Shown in pieces: positions 50,672 through 60,333 of a stretch of 64,000 nt of DNA. The position numbers and the translations under genes are program-made. Every line of letters begins with the position of its first letter. The first letter of the stretch is position 1. Source of the DNA: Pseudomonas aeruginosa PAO1. Lineage in GTDB: Bacteria > Pseudomonadota > Gammaproteobacteria > Pseudomonadales > Pseudomonadaceae. Location of the stretch: assembly GCF_000006765.1 (NCBI RefSeq), contig NC_002516.2; one strand, written 5' to 3'. The notes beneath the pieces were generated by a model. That model was not told where the DNA came from. It worked only from the letters and a program-made list of their open reading frames with translations, and made no database searches.

Positions 50672-50972
50672 CCAAGGACGGAGTGGAACGTGCGGAGAGT
50701 GGGACGCCGGTCTACTCTTTCCTAGGGCGACCTGACTTGTCAGGTCGCCCGATTCTCCTTCCCTTGGACAAGGGGCCTGTCATGAAACTCTGGCTGCAAA
50801 ACCTGGCGTGGCAACTCGGTGTCGCCCTTGGCCTGATCGAGCCCCCGCGCATGCAACCCATCCCGGTGGAAAACGACGAGCAACGCCGGCGCCTCGCCGC
50901 GCGGCAACGTCGCTGAGCCGGTTCCCCGACGCTCTGGCCTCCGCCTGCGGCGCTGGCCAGAGTCCCGGTTTT
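50672..50972 (+). ncRNA. sicX: SicX small RNA locus (PA1414); boundaries inferred
   Basis: Synteny with PA1414 (recalled as the low-oxygen sRNA SicX). 5' end inferred from the Anr box; 3' hairpin CTCTGGCC/GGCCAGAG followed by TTTT at 50969-72. Confidence 0.6.
50782..50916 (+). CDS. 44-aa PA1414-family peptide within SicX
   Basis: AAGGGG RBS, ATG 50782, MKLWLQNLAWQLGVALGLIEPP...; translation and function uncertain. Confidence 0.5.
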   Translation: MKLWLQNLAWQLGVALGLIEPPRMQPIPVENDEQRRRLAARQRR

Positions 50973-50975
50973 GGT

Positions 50976-51704
50976 CTATCGATCGTGGTTCCTGAACCAG
51001 GCGACGATCATTTCCCTCAAACGCTCCCCGGAAAAGCTCGCGAAATGCCCGCCATGCACGGTGCGCACCGGTAGCTCGCGCAGGCGCGCGAGGCTGGAGG
51101 CATAGTCGTCGAGGTTGGAATGATAGGCGTCCTCGACCAGCGGACCGTCGTAGACGATGTCGCCGGAAAACAGCGTCTGTGTCGCCGCTTCCCACAGGCT
51201 GATGCCGCCCGGCGAGTGTCCGGGCGTGTGCAGCACCTGCAGCACGCGGTCGCCGAGATCGAGCACGTCGCCTTCGTCGATCAGTCGGGTCGCCGGCGCT
51301 GCTCGCACCCGGTATTCGGCGTAGCACAGCGGGCACTCCGGATGCGCCTCGAACATCTCGTCGCCAACATAGGCGCGCGCCAGGGTGTTGTCGCCGTCCG
51401 GCGCGGCGAGGATCTCCGCCTCGGCCGGATGCGCCAGGCGCTCGGCGAATTCGTGGTGGCCGGCGATATGGTCGAAGTGGGTGTGGCTGGCCACCGCCAG
51501 CAGCGGTCGTTCGGTGAGCCAGGGCAGTTGCTCGCACAGGCTGACCAGACCGGAGCCGCTGTCCACCAGCACGTCGCGCTCGCGGCCCTGGACATGCCAC
51601 ATGTTGCAGCGATAGAAGGGGCGCACGTAGGGCTCGTGGATCAGGCTGATACCGTTGTAGAAGTGCCGGGTTTCGAACCAGCGGTCGCGGCTGACGATTC
51701 TCAT
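50976..51704 (-). CDS. Metallo-beta-lactamase-fold hydrolase
   Basis: 242 aa from ATG 51704; LVDSG, SHTHFDHIAGH (HxHxDH), HTPGHSPG, SGD, GGH. Confidence 0.9.
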   Translation of the reverse strand: MRIVSRDRWFETRHFYNGISLIHEPYVRPFYRCNMWHVQGRERDVLVDSGSGLVSLCEQLPWLTERPLLAVASHTHFDHIAGHHEFAERLAHPAEAEILAAPDGDNTLARAYVGDEMFEAHPECPLCYAEYRVRAAPATRLIDEGDVLDLGDRVLQVLHTPGHSPGGISLWEAATQTLFSGDIVYDGPLVEDAYHSNLDDYASSLARLRELPVRTVHGGHFASFSGERLREMIVAWFRNHDR

Positions 51705-51748
51705 CGCGGTCTCTGTCGGTGGAAAGGCTATCCCAGAAGGATAGGCGT

Positions 51749-53131
51749 TCAGGGTATGACCTTGCCCGGGTTGAACAGCCCGCTGGGGTCGAGCAGTTCC
51801 TTGATCTGCGCCATCAGCGCGAGCTTCAGCGGATCGGCGTAGCGTCCCAGGGCTTCCTTCTTCTCCAGGCCGATGCCGTGCTCGGCGGAGATCACGCCAG
51901 CGCATTCGCCCAACTCGCCGTAGAGGATTTCCTCCACCGCCTGGTGCAGCGGCAGCAGCGGGACGTCGGCGGCGAGCATGACGTGCAGGTTGCCGTCGAG
52001 GAAATGGCCGAAGAGGAAGACCTGCATGCCCTTCACCAGGTCGTCCAGGCGCCGCCGGATGCGCTCGACGTAGCCGGCCAGGGCCGGCACCGGGAGCGAT
52101 ACGTCGAAGGACAGGCTGTCGACGCCGGCGTGGATGGCCGCGTCGGAGTCTTCGCGCAGGCGCCAGATGGCCAGGCGCTGGGTTTCGTTGGCGGCGAGCA
52201 GGGCGTCTTCCACCAGCCCGTCCTCGAAGCAGTCTTCCAGCAGGGCGGTGAGCGCCTCGCCGGCATCCAGGTGGCGGTCCTCGGCCAGTTCCACCAGCAG
52301 GTAGAGAGGGCAGGGCGCCAGGCTCGGCGCGCTGTCGCCCATGGGTGCGGCGGTGCATTGCAGGTAGTCGTGCCAGAGGATCTCGCAGGCGAACAGGCGT
52401 TCGGCGTGCTCGCGGCGCAGGCGCGCGGCGATGGTGATCGCCGCGTCGACGTCGGGCAGGCCGAGCAGGGCGGTGGCGCCGGGACGCTGCAACGGCTCCA
52501 GGCGCAGTACCGCACGGGTGACGATGCCGAGGGTGCCTTCGGCGCCGACGAACAACTGCTTGAGGTCGTAGCCGGTGGTGTTCTTCAGCAGCCCGCGCAG
52601 GTCGCTGTAGACGCTGCCGTCGGCGAGTACCGCTTCCAGGCCGAGCACGCGCTGGCGCATGGTGCCGAAGCGGAAGGCGCGGATGCCGCCGGCGTTGGTC
52701 GCGACCAGCCCGCCGACGCTGGCGCTGCCGCGCGCGGCGAGATCGATGCCGGGGTCGAGTCCGGCCTCGGCGGCCAGCGCCTGGGCCTGTTCGAGGGTGA
52801 CGCCGGCGTCGAGGTCGAGGGTCTGGCTGGCCGCATCCAGCCGGTGTATGCGGTTCAGCCTGCGCAGCGAGAGCAGCACGTCGCCGGCTTGTGCGGCGCC
52901 GCCGCCGACCAGGCCGGTGAGTCCGCCCTGGGGTACCAGGGCGCGTCCCGCCTGGCGGCACAGACGCACCACGGCGGCGACCTGGTCGGTGCTTTCCGGC
53001 AGGACCAGGAAGCTTCCGGCGAGGTTCTGCGGATGGTAGCCGGGGTCCTGCCCGGCGAGCGCGGCACTGTCGCGCACGCCACGGGCGCCGAGGATCTCGC
53101 AGAGGGAGCGGTAGAGTTCGGAATCGTCCAT
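51749..53131 (-). CDS. FAD-linked 2-hydroxyacid oxidase/dehydrogenase (GlcD/D2HGDH family)
   Basis: 460 aa; PQGGLTGLVGG, ATNAGG, GAEGTLGIVT, GH..DGNLH, SAEHGIG.EK, NPGK. Confidence 0.9.
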   Translation of the reverse strand: MDDSELYRSLCEILGARGVRDSAALAGQDPGYHPQNLAGSFLVLPESTDQVAAVVRLCRQAGRALVPQGGLTGLVGGGAAQAGDVLLSLRRLNRIHRLDAASQTLDLDAGVTLEQAQALAAEAGLDPGIDLAARGSASVGGLVATNAGGIRAFRFGTMRQRVLGLEAVLADGSVYSDLRGLLKNTTGYDLKQLFVGAEGTLGIVTRAVLRLEPLQRPGATALLGLPDVDAAITIAARLRREHAERLFACEILWHDYLQCTAAPMGDSAPSLAPCPLYLLVELAEDRHLDAGEALTALLEDCFEDGLVEDALLAANETQRLAIWRLREDSDAAIHAGVDSLSFDVSLPVPALAGYVERIRRRLDDLVKGMQVFLFGHFLDGNLHVMLAADVPLLPLHQAVEEILYGELGECAGVISAEHGIGLEKKEALGRYADPLKLALMAQIKELLDPSGLFNPGKVIP

Positions 53132-53144
53132 GGCGGGCTCCGGG

Positions 53145-54746
53145 TCAGGGATGGAAGGGCGCGGCTTGCAGCACCTCGACGATCAGCGGACGGTCCGCCG
53201 GGGCGCCGCGCAGCAGTTCGCGCAGGTGCTCGAGATCGCGCGCGCGTTCGGCGGCGCAGCCGAAGCCGCGGGCGATGGCGAGGAAGTCCGGGGTGTAGAT
53301 ATCGACCCCGAGCGGAGTGATCTCGCGCCGCTCCATGTAGCGCTTGATCTCGCCATAGCCGTGGTTGTTCCACAGCAGCACGACGATGCCGACCTTGGCT
53401 TCCACCGCGCTGGCCAGTTCCGGCAGGGTGAACTGCAGGCCGCCATCGCCCATCAGGCTGACCACCGGGCGTCCCGGCTCACCGAGCTTGGCGCCGATGG
53501 CGGCGGGCAGGCCATAGCCGAGGGTGCCGTAGCCGGTGGAGGCGTTGAACCAGCGGCGCGGCTCGTCGAGATCGACCAGGTGGTTGCCGCTGTAGACGGT
53601 CTGGGTCGAATCGCCGACGAAGCGGGCGTCCGGCCACTCGGCCAGGATCGCGGCGAACAGCTGGCGATAGTGCGACCAGCCGGCGAAGTCTTCGGCCAGG
53701 CGCTGGCGCACGGCGGCGGCGCGCCGGGCCCCGGGGCTGTCCGGCGAGGCCTCGCCGCCCGGCAGTTCGGCCAGCAGCACGCGCATGGCCAGCCGGGCGT
53801 CGCTGTGGATGGCCAGGCTCGGCGTGTAGTTGCGCATCAGTTGCTGCGGGTCGATGTCGATGCGGATCAACTCGCCATCGAGGGCGAAGCCGCCGTCGAA
53901 CACCACGTCGTAGTCGGTTTCGCCCAGCTCGGTGCCGATGGCCAGCACCACGTCGGCCTCGGTGGCCAGCTCGCGTACCGGCACGCAGGACTGGTTGCTG
54001 CCCAGCAGCAGCGGGTGGTCGGCCGGTAGCAGGCCCTTGGCGTTGATCGTCAGGGCGGTCGGCGCGTCCAGCGCGGCGGCCAGGGCACGCGCTTCGGCGG
54101 CGGCCTCGACGCAGCCGCCGCCGAGCAGCAGCAGTGGCTTCTTCGCGTTGCGCAGGCGCGCCGCGGCCTCGCGCAAGGGCGCGAGGGCCGGCGCCGGGCG
54201 GCTGGTGACGGTGCGTGGGCGCAGGGCCAGGTGTTCGGCGGGCGCGGTGATGACGTCGAGCGGCAGCTCGATGTGCACCGGCCGCGGCCGCTCGCTGTCG
54301 AACACGGCGAAGGCGCGGGCGAGCACCGCCGGCAGCTCCTCGGCGCTCATCAGGGTATGGCTGAAGGCGCAGACGTTGCCTACCAGGTTGCGCTGGTTCG
54401 GCAGCTCGTGCAGGTAGCCGTTGCCGTGGGCCAGGCGCGCGCGTTCGTTGACGCTGGAGATCACCAGCATCGGAATCGAGTCGGCGTAGGCCTGGGCCAT
54501 GGCGGTGAGGATGTTGGTCATCCCCGGGCCGGTGATGATGAAGCACACGCCGGGCTTGCCGGTGACCCGTGCGTAGCCGTCCGCCATGAAGCCGGCGCCC
54601 TGCTCGTGGCGCGGGGTGACATGGCGGATACGGCTGCCGGGCAGGCCGCGATAGAGCTCTACGGTATGCACGCCGGGGATGCCGAAGACGGTCTCGACGC
54701 CCCAGGCTTCGAGTTGCTTGACGAGGAATTCGCCGCAGGTGGTCAT
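53145..54746 (-). CDS. TPP-dependent decarboxylase, AruI (2-ketoarginine decarboxylase)-like
   Basis: 533 aa; FGIPGVHT, RHEQGAGFMADGYAR, GYGTLGYGLP, GDGG...NN TPP motif. Confidence 0.85.
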   Translation of the reverse strand: MTTCGEFLVKQLEAWGVETVFGIPGVHTVELYRGLPGSRIRHVTPRHEQGAGFMADGYARVTGKPGVCFIITGPGMTNILTAMAQAYADSIPMLVISSVNERARLAHGNGYLHELPNQRNLVGNVCAFSHTLMSAEELPAVLARAFAVFDSERPRPVHIELPLDVITAPAEHLALRPRTVTSRPAPALAPLREAAARLRNAKKPLLLLGGGCVEAAAEARALAAALDAPTALTINAKGLLPADHPLLLGSNQSCVPVRELATEADVVLAIGTELGETDYDVVFDGGFALDGELIRIDIDPQQLMRNYTPSLAIHSDARLAMRVLLAELPGGEASPDSPGARRAAAVRQRLAEDFAGWSHYRQLFAAILAEWPDARFVGDSTQTVYSGNHLVDLDEPRRWFNASTGYGTLGYGLPAAIGAKLGEPGRPVVSLMGDGGLQFTLPELASAVEAKVGIVVLLWNNHGYGEIKRYMERREITPLGVDIYTPDFLAIARGFGCAAERARDLEHLRELLRGAPADRPLIVEVLQAAPFHP

Positions 54747-54821
54747 GGCCGTTCCTTTTTCATGTTCTCGGGAATGGAAAAGGCGAGGGAAAGTCCCTCG
54801 CCTGTCGGGGTTGTGCCTGGT

Positions 54822-56213
54822 TCAGGCGGCGCTGGCGACACCCGTCGGGCGCCGCGAGAACAGGCTGACCAGGACGAAGCTGAGCAGGCCGACCGCCAGG
54901 CTGTAGTAGATCGGCGTATTGGCGTCGAGGCCGTCCTTGATCATGAACACCAGCACGGTAAGGAAGCCCAGGGTCATGCTGGTGATGGCGCCGGCGGTGG
55001 TGGCGCGCTTCCAGTAGATCGCGCCGATCAGCGGGATCAGCATGCCGCCTACCAGCAGGTTGTAGGCCACGGTCAGGGCGCTGATCACGTCGCTGACCAC
55101 CAGGGCGATGCCGAGCACTACCAGGCCCAGCAGCAGGGTCGCGATGCGGTTCTCGTGCACGTCGCCGTTGTCGGACTGGCCGCGGCCGCGGCGCAGGCGC
55201 GGCAGCAGGTCCTGGGTGACGGTGGTGGACGCCGCCAGCAGGCCGGCGCTGGCGGTGGACATCAGCGCCGCCAGGGCGGCGGCGATGACCAGGCCGCGGA
55301 TGCCGTTCGGCAGGCTGTGCTCGACCACACTGGCGAAGGCGTTGTTGACGTTCTCCAGGTCCGGCAGCAGGACCTTGGCGGCCATCCCGATCAGCGCCCC
55401 GGCCATGCCGTAGAGCACGCAGTAGATACCGGCGGCGGAGCCGGCGACCTTGGCCACGGTCTCGCTGCGGGCGGTGAACACCCGCTGCCAGATGTCCTGG
55501 CCGATGAAGATGCCGAAGAAGTAGATCAGGAAGTAGGTGACGATGGTGTCCCAGCCGATCGCGGTGAAGTCGAAGTAGCTGGCCGGCAGCTTGGCTACCA
55601 GGGCGTCCCAGCCGCCGGCGTCGTTGATCGACAGCGGCATCAGCAGGAACACCAGGCCGACGGTCATGATCAGGAACTGCACGATGTCGGTCAGGGTCAG
55701 CGACCACATGCCGCCGATGGTGGAGTAGAGCACCACGACGCCGCCGCCGATCAGGATCGAGACCCAGAACGGCAGGCCGAACAGGACCTGCATGACGGTG
55801 CCGATGGCGATGGTCGAGGTGGCACCGATCATCAGTGCGTAGACCAGCATGATCAGGGCGCTGGCGTGGCGCGCGGCGGGGTTGTAGCGACGCTCCAGGA
55901 CCTGGGTGACGGTGTAGATCTTCAGCTTCAGCAGCGGCTTGGCCAGGAACAGGCTGAGGCCGACGATGCCGAGGCCGATCGCGCCGCACAGCCAGAAGCC
56001 GGAGATGCCATGGACGTAGCCCAGGCGCACGGTGCCGATGGTGGAGGCGCCGCCGAGGACGGTGGCGGCCATGGTTCCCAGGTAGAAGCCGGGGCCGAGG
56101 TTGCGGCCGGCCACCAGGTAGTCGTCGCGGGTCTTGGCGCGGCGCATGCCGTACCAGCCCAGCGCGATCATGCCCGCGGCGTAGATCAGAACGACGAATA
56201 TGTCGAGGGCCAT
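54822..56213 (-). CDS. Sodium:solute symporter
   Basis: 463 aa, multi-TM; DYLVAGRNLG, GGASTIG, TDIVQF, QDIWQR, AALMST. Confidence 0.92.
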   Translation of the reverse strand: MALDIFVVLIYAAGMIALGWYGMRRAKTRDDYLVAGRNLGPGFYLGTMAATVLGGASTIGTVRLGYVHGISGFWLCGAIGLGIVGLSLFLAKPLLKLKIYTVTQVLERRYNPAARHASALIMLVYALMIGATSTIAIGTVMQVLFGLPFWVSILIGGGVVVLYSTIGGMWSLTLTDIVQFLIMTVGLVFLLMPLSINDAGGWDALVAKLPASYFDFTAIGWDTIVTYFLIYFFGIFIGQDIWQRVFTARSETVAKVAGSAAGIYCVLYGMAGALIGMAAKVLLPDLENVNNAFASVVEHSLPNGIRGLVIAAALAALMSTASAGLLAASTTVTQDLLPRLRRGRGQSDNGDVHENRIATLLLGLVVLGIALVVSDVISALTVAYNLLVGGMLIPLIGAIYWKRATTAGAITSMTLGFLTVLVFMIKDGLDANTPIYYSLAVGLLSFVLVSLFSRRPTGVASAA

Positions 56214-56306
56214 ATCAGGTCTCCCAAGTTTCTCATTGTCATTGTTGTATCCGGCGAGGCGCCGGAAGCGCGGGACGCTGGCGTCCCGCCGTGTGTGTAC
56301 CCCACC

Positions 56307-57818
56307 TCAGGCGGTGGCTATCGCCGGTGCCCTCCGCGTGCCGTGCGCGCGCACCCAGCGCGGTCCTCGCGGGCCATAGACGCAAGGCGGTTCCGGGAAC
56401 AGGCGCAGCAGTGCCAGGTAGAGCAGGGCGGCCAGGCCGAGGGCGACCGGCAGGCTGAGGTCGATGCCGCCGGCCAGTTCGCCGAGCGGACCGACGAATT
56501 GCCCCGGCAGGTTGACGAAGGCCAGGCCGGCTGCCGCGCTGGGAATCCAGGCACCCATTCCGCGCCAGTTCCAGCCGTGCTCGAACCAGTAGGCGCCGCC
56601 GCGCTGGCCGCGGGTGAACACCTGCAGGTCGTCCGGGCGGTAGAAGCCGCGACGGGTCAGCAGGCCGATCAGCATGATCACCATCCACGGGGTGGTGCAG
56701 GTGACGATCAGCACGGCGAAGGTAGAGACGCTCTGCACCAGGTTGAAGGCGAAGCGGCCGACGAAGATGAAGCCGATCGAGGCGACCCCGATCAGCACCG
56801 TGGCCTGCACCCGCGAGAGCAGGCGCGGGAACACGCTGGACATGTCCAGCCCGGTGCCGTACAGCGAAGTGGTGCCGGTGGACATGCCGCCGATCACCGC
56901 GATCAGGCATACCGGCAGGAAGAACCAGCCGGGAGCGATGGCCAGCAGGCCGCCGACGTAGTTGTTGGCAGCGATGTAGTCCGGCGCGCGGACGGCGACG
57001 ATGGTCGCGGTGGCGAGGCCGAACAGGAAGGGAACCAGGGTCGCCAGCTGCGCGCCGATCACCGCCAGCATGATCCGTGCCTGCGAGGTCTGGCGCGGGA
57101 TGTAGCGGGCCCAGTCGCCCAGGAAGGCGCCGAAGGAGATCGGGTTGCTCATGGCCAGCAGGGTGGCGCCGATGAAGGCGGCCCAGAAGCCCGGCTGGCC
57201 GAGTTGCACGCTGCCGGCGTAGGCGGCGTCGAAGGGGCCGGCGAAGGCGAACAGGCCGAGCAGGAACAGCAGGCTGGCGGCCCACACGGCGATCCTGTTG
57301 ACCAGCAGCATGAAGCGGAAGCCGTAGATGCATACGGTCAGCACCAGCACGGCGAACAGGCCGTAGGCCAGGCCCAGGTTCAGTTCGCTCTCTTCCAGGC
57401 CGACCAGGCGCCGGGCGCCGCCGACCAGGGCATCGCCGGAACTCCACACCGAGAGCGAGAAGAAGGCGATGGCGGTCAGCAGCGAGAGGAAGGAGCCGAC
57501 GATGCGCCCGTGCACGCCGAAGTGCGCGCCGGAGGAGACCGCGTTGTTGGTGCCGTTGAGCGGGCCGAACAGGCCCATCGGGGCGAGGATCAGCGCGCCC
57601 AGCGTGACGCCCAGCAGGATCGCCCACAGCCCGGCCTGGAAGGACAGCCCGAAGAGCACCGGAAAGCTGCCGAGCACGGCGGTGGCGAAGGTATTGGCGC
57701 CGCCGAAGATCATGCGGAACAGATCGACCGGCGTGGCGTTGCGTTCGTGGTCGGGAATCTGTTCGACCCCGAAGGTTTCGATGCGTGTGATTGCGTGTTG
57801 GTTATTGTTGTTATCCAT
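56307..57818 (-). CDS. NCS1 purine/cytosine permease-family transporter
   Basis: 503 aa; IETFGVEQIP..ER, FG..G, PISFGAFLGDWARYIP, N.Y-like GGMST...SLYG. Confidence 0.88.
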   Translation of the reverse strand: MDNNNNQHAITRIETFGVEQIPDHERNATPVDLFRMIFGGANTFATAVLGSFPVLFGLSFQAGLWAILLGVTLGALILAPMGLFGPLNGTNNAVSSGAHFGVHGRIVGSFLSLLTAIAFFSLSVWSSGDALVGGARRLVGLEESELNLGLAYGLFAVLVLTVCIYGFRFMLLVNRIAVWAASLLFLLGLFAFAGPFDAAYAGSVQLGQPGFWAAFIGATLLAMSNPISFGAFLGDWARYIPRQTSQARIMLAVIGAQLATLVPFLFGLATATIVAVRAPDYIAANNYVGGLLAIAPGWFFLPVCLIAVIGGMSTGTTSLYGTGLDMSSVFPRLLSRVQATVLIGVASIGFIFVGRFAFNLVQSVSTFAVLIVTCTTPWMVIMLIGLLTRRGFYRPDDLQVFTRGQRGGAYWFEHGWNWRGMGAWIPSAAAGLAFVNLPGQFVGPLGELAGGIDLSLPVALGLAALLYLALLRLFPEPPCVYGPRGPRWVRAHGTRRAPAIATA

Positions 57819-57836
57819 GACGTTCTCCCGGGAGAG

Positions 57837-58256
57837 CTAGCTAGTCGATGGCAGGTACTCCGGCATCGCCGACAAGTGCTCATGGCAGGCCAGCCAACGG
57901 CCTTCTTGTTGTTCTAGGCGGAACAGGATGGTTTCCCGTTCCCGGTTCAGGCTTTCCGTTCCCTGGAGGCGCAGCCGGGTGGCGACATCGTGGCTGAAGA
58001 TCGCCAGGTCGCCTTGCAGGCTGACGCAGGTATTGCTGGATTCGCACGCCAGCACTTCGAAGCCGTCCTCGCGTCGCCAGCGCTCCCACAACTTGCGGTA
58101 GGCCGCGCGCGAGCGCAGCGGCTGAGGCCAGTTGTGGAAGATGAAGCTGGCGTCCTCGCTGAAGGCGGCGAAATAGGCCTCGGCATCGTTGCGGGCGAAG
58201 GCCGCCACCAGTCGGCGGGCGGCCTCCAGCACCTGTTCGACGCGGTCGTCGGTCAT
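57837..58256 (-). CDS. SnoaL/NTF2-like (YybH-type) protein
   Basis: 139 aa; LVAAF...D...YF..F..DASF, RETI.F, W...HEHLS. Confidence 0.85.
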   Translation of the reverse strand: MTDDRVEQVLEAARRLVAAFARNDAEAYFAAFSEDASFIFHNWPQPLRSRAAYRKLWERWRREDGFEVLACESSNTCVSLQGDLAIFSHDVATRLRLQGTESLNRERETILFRLEQQEGRWLACHEHLSAMPEYLPSTS

Positions 58257-58270
58257 GGTCGCGCTACGGC

Positions 58271-59230
58271 TCAGCGACGCACCACGCCCGGGAGGACGCA
58301 GAGCATTTCATAGAGCAGGTTGGCGCCCAGCAACGAAGTGTTGCCGGTGGTGTCGTAGGGCGGCGAGACTTCGACCAGGTCGCAGCCGATCAGGTCCAGG
58401 CCCTGGCAGCCGCGGATGATTTCCATCGCCTGGATGGTGGTCAGGCCGCCGATTTCCGGGGTGCCGGTGCCGGGCGCCCAGGCCGGGTCGATGCCGTCGA
58501 TGTCGAAGCTCAGGTAGACGGGGCCGCCGCCGACCTTCTCGCGGACCTCGGCCATCAGCGGCTCCAGCGACTTGTGCCAGCACTCCTCGGCCTGCACCAC
58601 GCGGAAGCCCTGCTTGCGGCTCCAGTTGAAGTCCTCGGCGGTGTAGCCCTGGGCGCGCAGGCCGATCTGCACAACACGGTCGCAATCCAGCAGGTCTTCT
58701 TCCACCGCGCGGCGGAAGGTGGTGCCGTGGGCGATCTTCTCGCCGAACATGTGGTCGTTGACGTCGGCGTGGGCGTCGACGTGGACCAGGCCGACCTTGC
58801 CGTGCTTCTTCTTGATCGCGCGGAGGATCGGCAGGGTGATGGTGTGGTCGCCGCCGAGGGTCAGCGGGAGGATGCCGTGACCGAGGATGCGGTCGTATTC
58901 CTGCTCGATGATGCGCACGGCTTCCAGCAGGTTGAAGGTGTTGATCGCGACGTCGCCGATGTCCGCCACGTTCAGCGAGTCGAAGGGGGCGGCGCCGGTG
59001 GCCATGTTGTAGGGACGGATCATCACCGATTCGGCGCGGATCTCGCGGGGGCCGAAGCGGGTACCGGAGCGCAGGGAGGTGCCGATGTCGAGGGGCACGC
59101 CGACGAAGGCGGCATCGAGGGCGTCGAGTTCGGCGGGGGACTGGACATGGGGCAGGCGCATCATGGTGGCGATGCCGCCGAAGCGGGGCATTTCATTGCC
59201 GCCCAGGGGCTGGTGGAGATTCTTGTCCAC
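58271..59230 (-). CDS. gbuA: Guanidinobutyrase (ureohydrolase family)
   Basis: 319 aa, GTG start; GGDHT, DAHAD, SFDIDGIDP, APGTGTP, DLVEVSP. Confidence 0.95.
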   Translation of the reverse strand: MDKNLHQPLGGNEMPRFGGIATMMRLPHVQSPAELDALDAAFVGVPLDIGTSLRSGTRFGPREIRAESVMIRPYNMATGAAPFDSLNVADIGDVAINTFNLLEAVRIIEQEYDRILGHGILPLTLGGDHTITLPILRAIKKKHGKVGLVHVDAHADVNDHMFGEKIAHGTTFRRAVEEDLLDCDRVVQIGLRAQGYTAEDFNWSRKQGFRVVQAEECWHKSLEPLMAEVREKVGGGPVYLSFDIDGIDPAWAPGTGTPEIGGLTTIQAMEIIRGCQGLDLIGCDLVEVSPPYDTTGNTSLLGANLLYEMLCVLPGVVRR

Positions 59231-59322
59231 GGGGTGGCCTCACGGTCGTTGTGGTTGTTTTAGGGGTCGGATGGATTCTCTTCACAGCCGGTAGCGAGTC
59301 AAATCGCTGGCTACAAATAATC

Positions 59323-59342
59323 AGTTCAGAGATTTCTAAACT
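59323..59342. promoter_or_regulatory. Candidate GbuR (LysR) binding site
   Basis: AGTTCAGA-GATT-TCTAAACT dyad (7 of 8 per arm) containing T-N11-A, in the gbuA-gbuR divergent gap. Confidence 0.55.
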
Positions 59343-59436
59343 AACGGCGAAGCGGCTAGACTTCGCCGCCGAGCCTGGACGGCGGCCTTTGCCTCGGCCC
59401 GCAGTCCGAAATCCTCGCCCGCAAACCGGAGTCGCC

Positions 59437-60330
59437 GTGTCCAACGCCTTGCCCGACCTGCGCCTGTTGCGCATCTTCGCCGCGGTGGTGCGCCACCAGG
59501 GCTTCGCCGCCGCCCAGCAGGAGTTGAACCTGTCGACCTCGGCGATCAGCACCTACATGAGCCAACTGGAGAACCAGCTCGGCATCGTGCTCTGCCACCG
59601 TGGCCGCGGTGGCTTCAGCCTGACCAGCAAGGGCGAGCTGTTCCACCAGGAAACCTTGCGCATCCTCGGCGAACTGGAAGGCTTCGAACGCTACGCGCTG
59701 GCGTTGAAGGGCGAGCTGCGCGGCACCCTGAACCTCGGCGTGCTCGATTCCACGGTGAGCGACCCGGCGCTGCCGCTGGCCGAGGTGATCGGCGCCTTCA
59801 GCCGCGAACACCCGGCGGTTCACCTGCACCTGCTGGTGCAGAGCCCCTACGAACTGCAACTGAGCGTGCTGGAGAACCGCCAGGACCTGGCTATCGGCGC
59901 CTTTTCCAGTCGCATGAACGGACTGGTCTACCAGCCGCTGTACCGCGAACAGCACTGGCTGTACTGCAGCGACCGGCATCCGCTGTTCGACGGGCGGAGA
60001 ATTCCCGCCGATCTGATCACCCAGCAACGCATGGTCGGCCGCGGCTACTGGAGCCAGGCCGAGCTGGCCCGGCACGGATTCAAGCACAGCGCGGGAACGG
60101 TGGAGAGCATGGAGGCGCAACTGATCCTGATCCTTTCCGGCGGCTACATCGGTTACCTGCCGGAGCACTACGCCCACCCGTGGGTCGAGCAGGGGCGCCT
60201 GCGCGCCCTGCTGCCGGCGACCTTCGGCTACCAGGCGCCATTCTCCCTGATCCTCCGTCGCGGCCGCTCGCGCGAGCCGCTGATCCAGGCCTTCCGCGAC
60301 CAGTTGCGGACGCAGATGAGCCTGGCCTGA
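59437..60330 (+). CDS. gbuR: LysR-family regulator of gbuA
   Basis: 297 aa from GTG 59437 (GGAG RBS); DLRLLRIF.AVV...GF.AAQ.ELNLSTSAIS. Confidence 0.93.
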   Translation: MSNALPDLRLLRIFAAVVRHQGFAAAQQELNLSTSAISTYMSQLENQLGIVLCHRGRGGFSLTSKGELFHQETLRILGELEGFERYALALKGELRGTLNLGVLDSTVSDPALPLAEVIGAFSREHPAVHLHLLVQSPYELQLSVLENRQDLAIGAFSSRMNGLVYQPLYREQHWLYCSDRHPLFDGRRIPADLITQQRMVGRGYWSQAELARHGFKHSAGTVESMEAQLILILSGGYIGYLPEHYAHPWVEQGRLRALLPATFGYQAPFSLILRRGRSREPLIQAFRDQLRTQMSLA

Positions 60331-60333
60331 GCC

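Noticed and set aside
54231-57917. 1228-aa plus-strand ORF, and similar long calls (33706..36087, 10882..13176, 13875..15602, 5052..6959, 42854..44746)
   Set aside because: Antisense or alternate-frame shadows of well-supported genes. High GC and codon bias suppress stops, and they contain no domain motifs.
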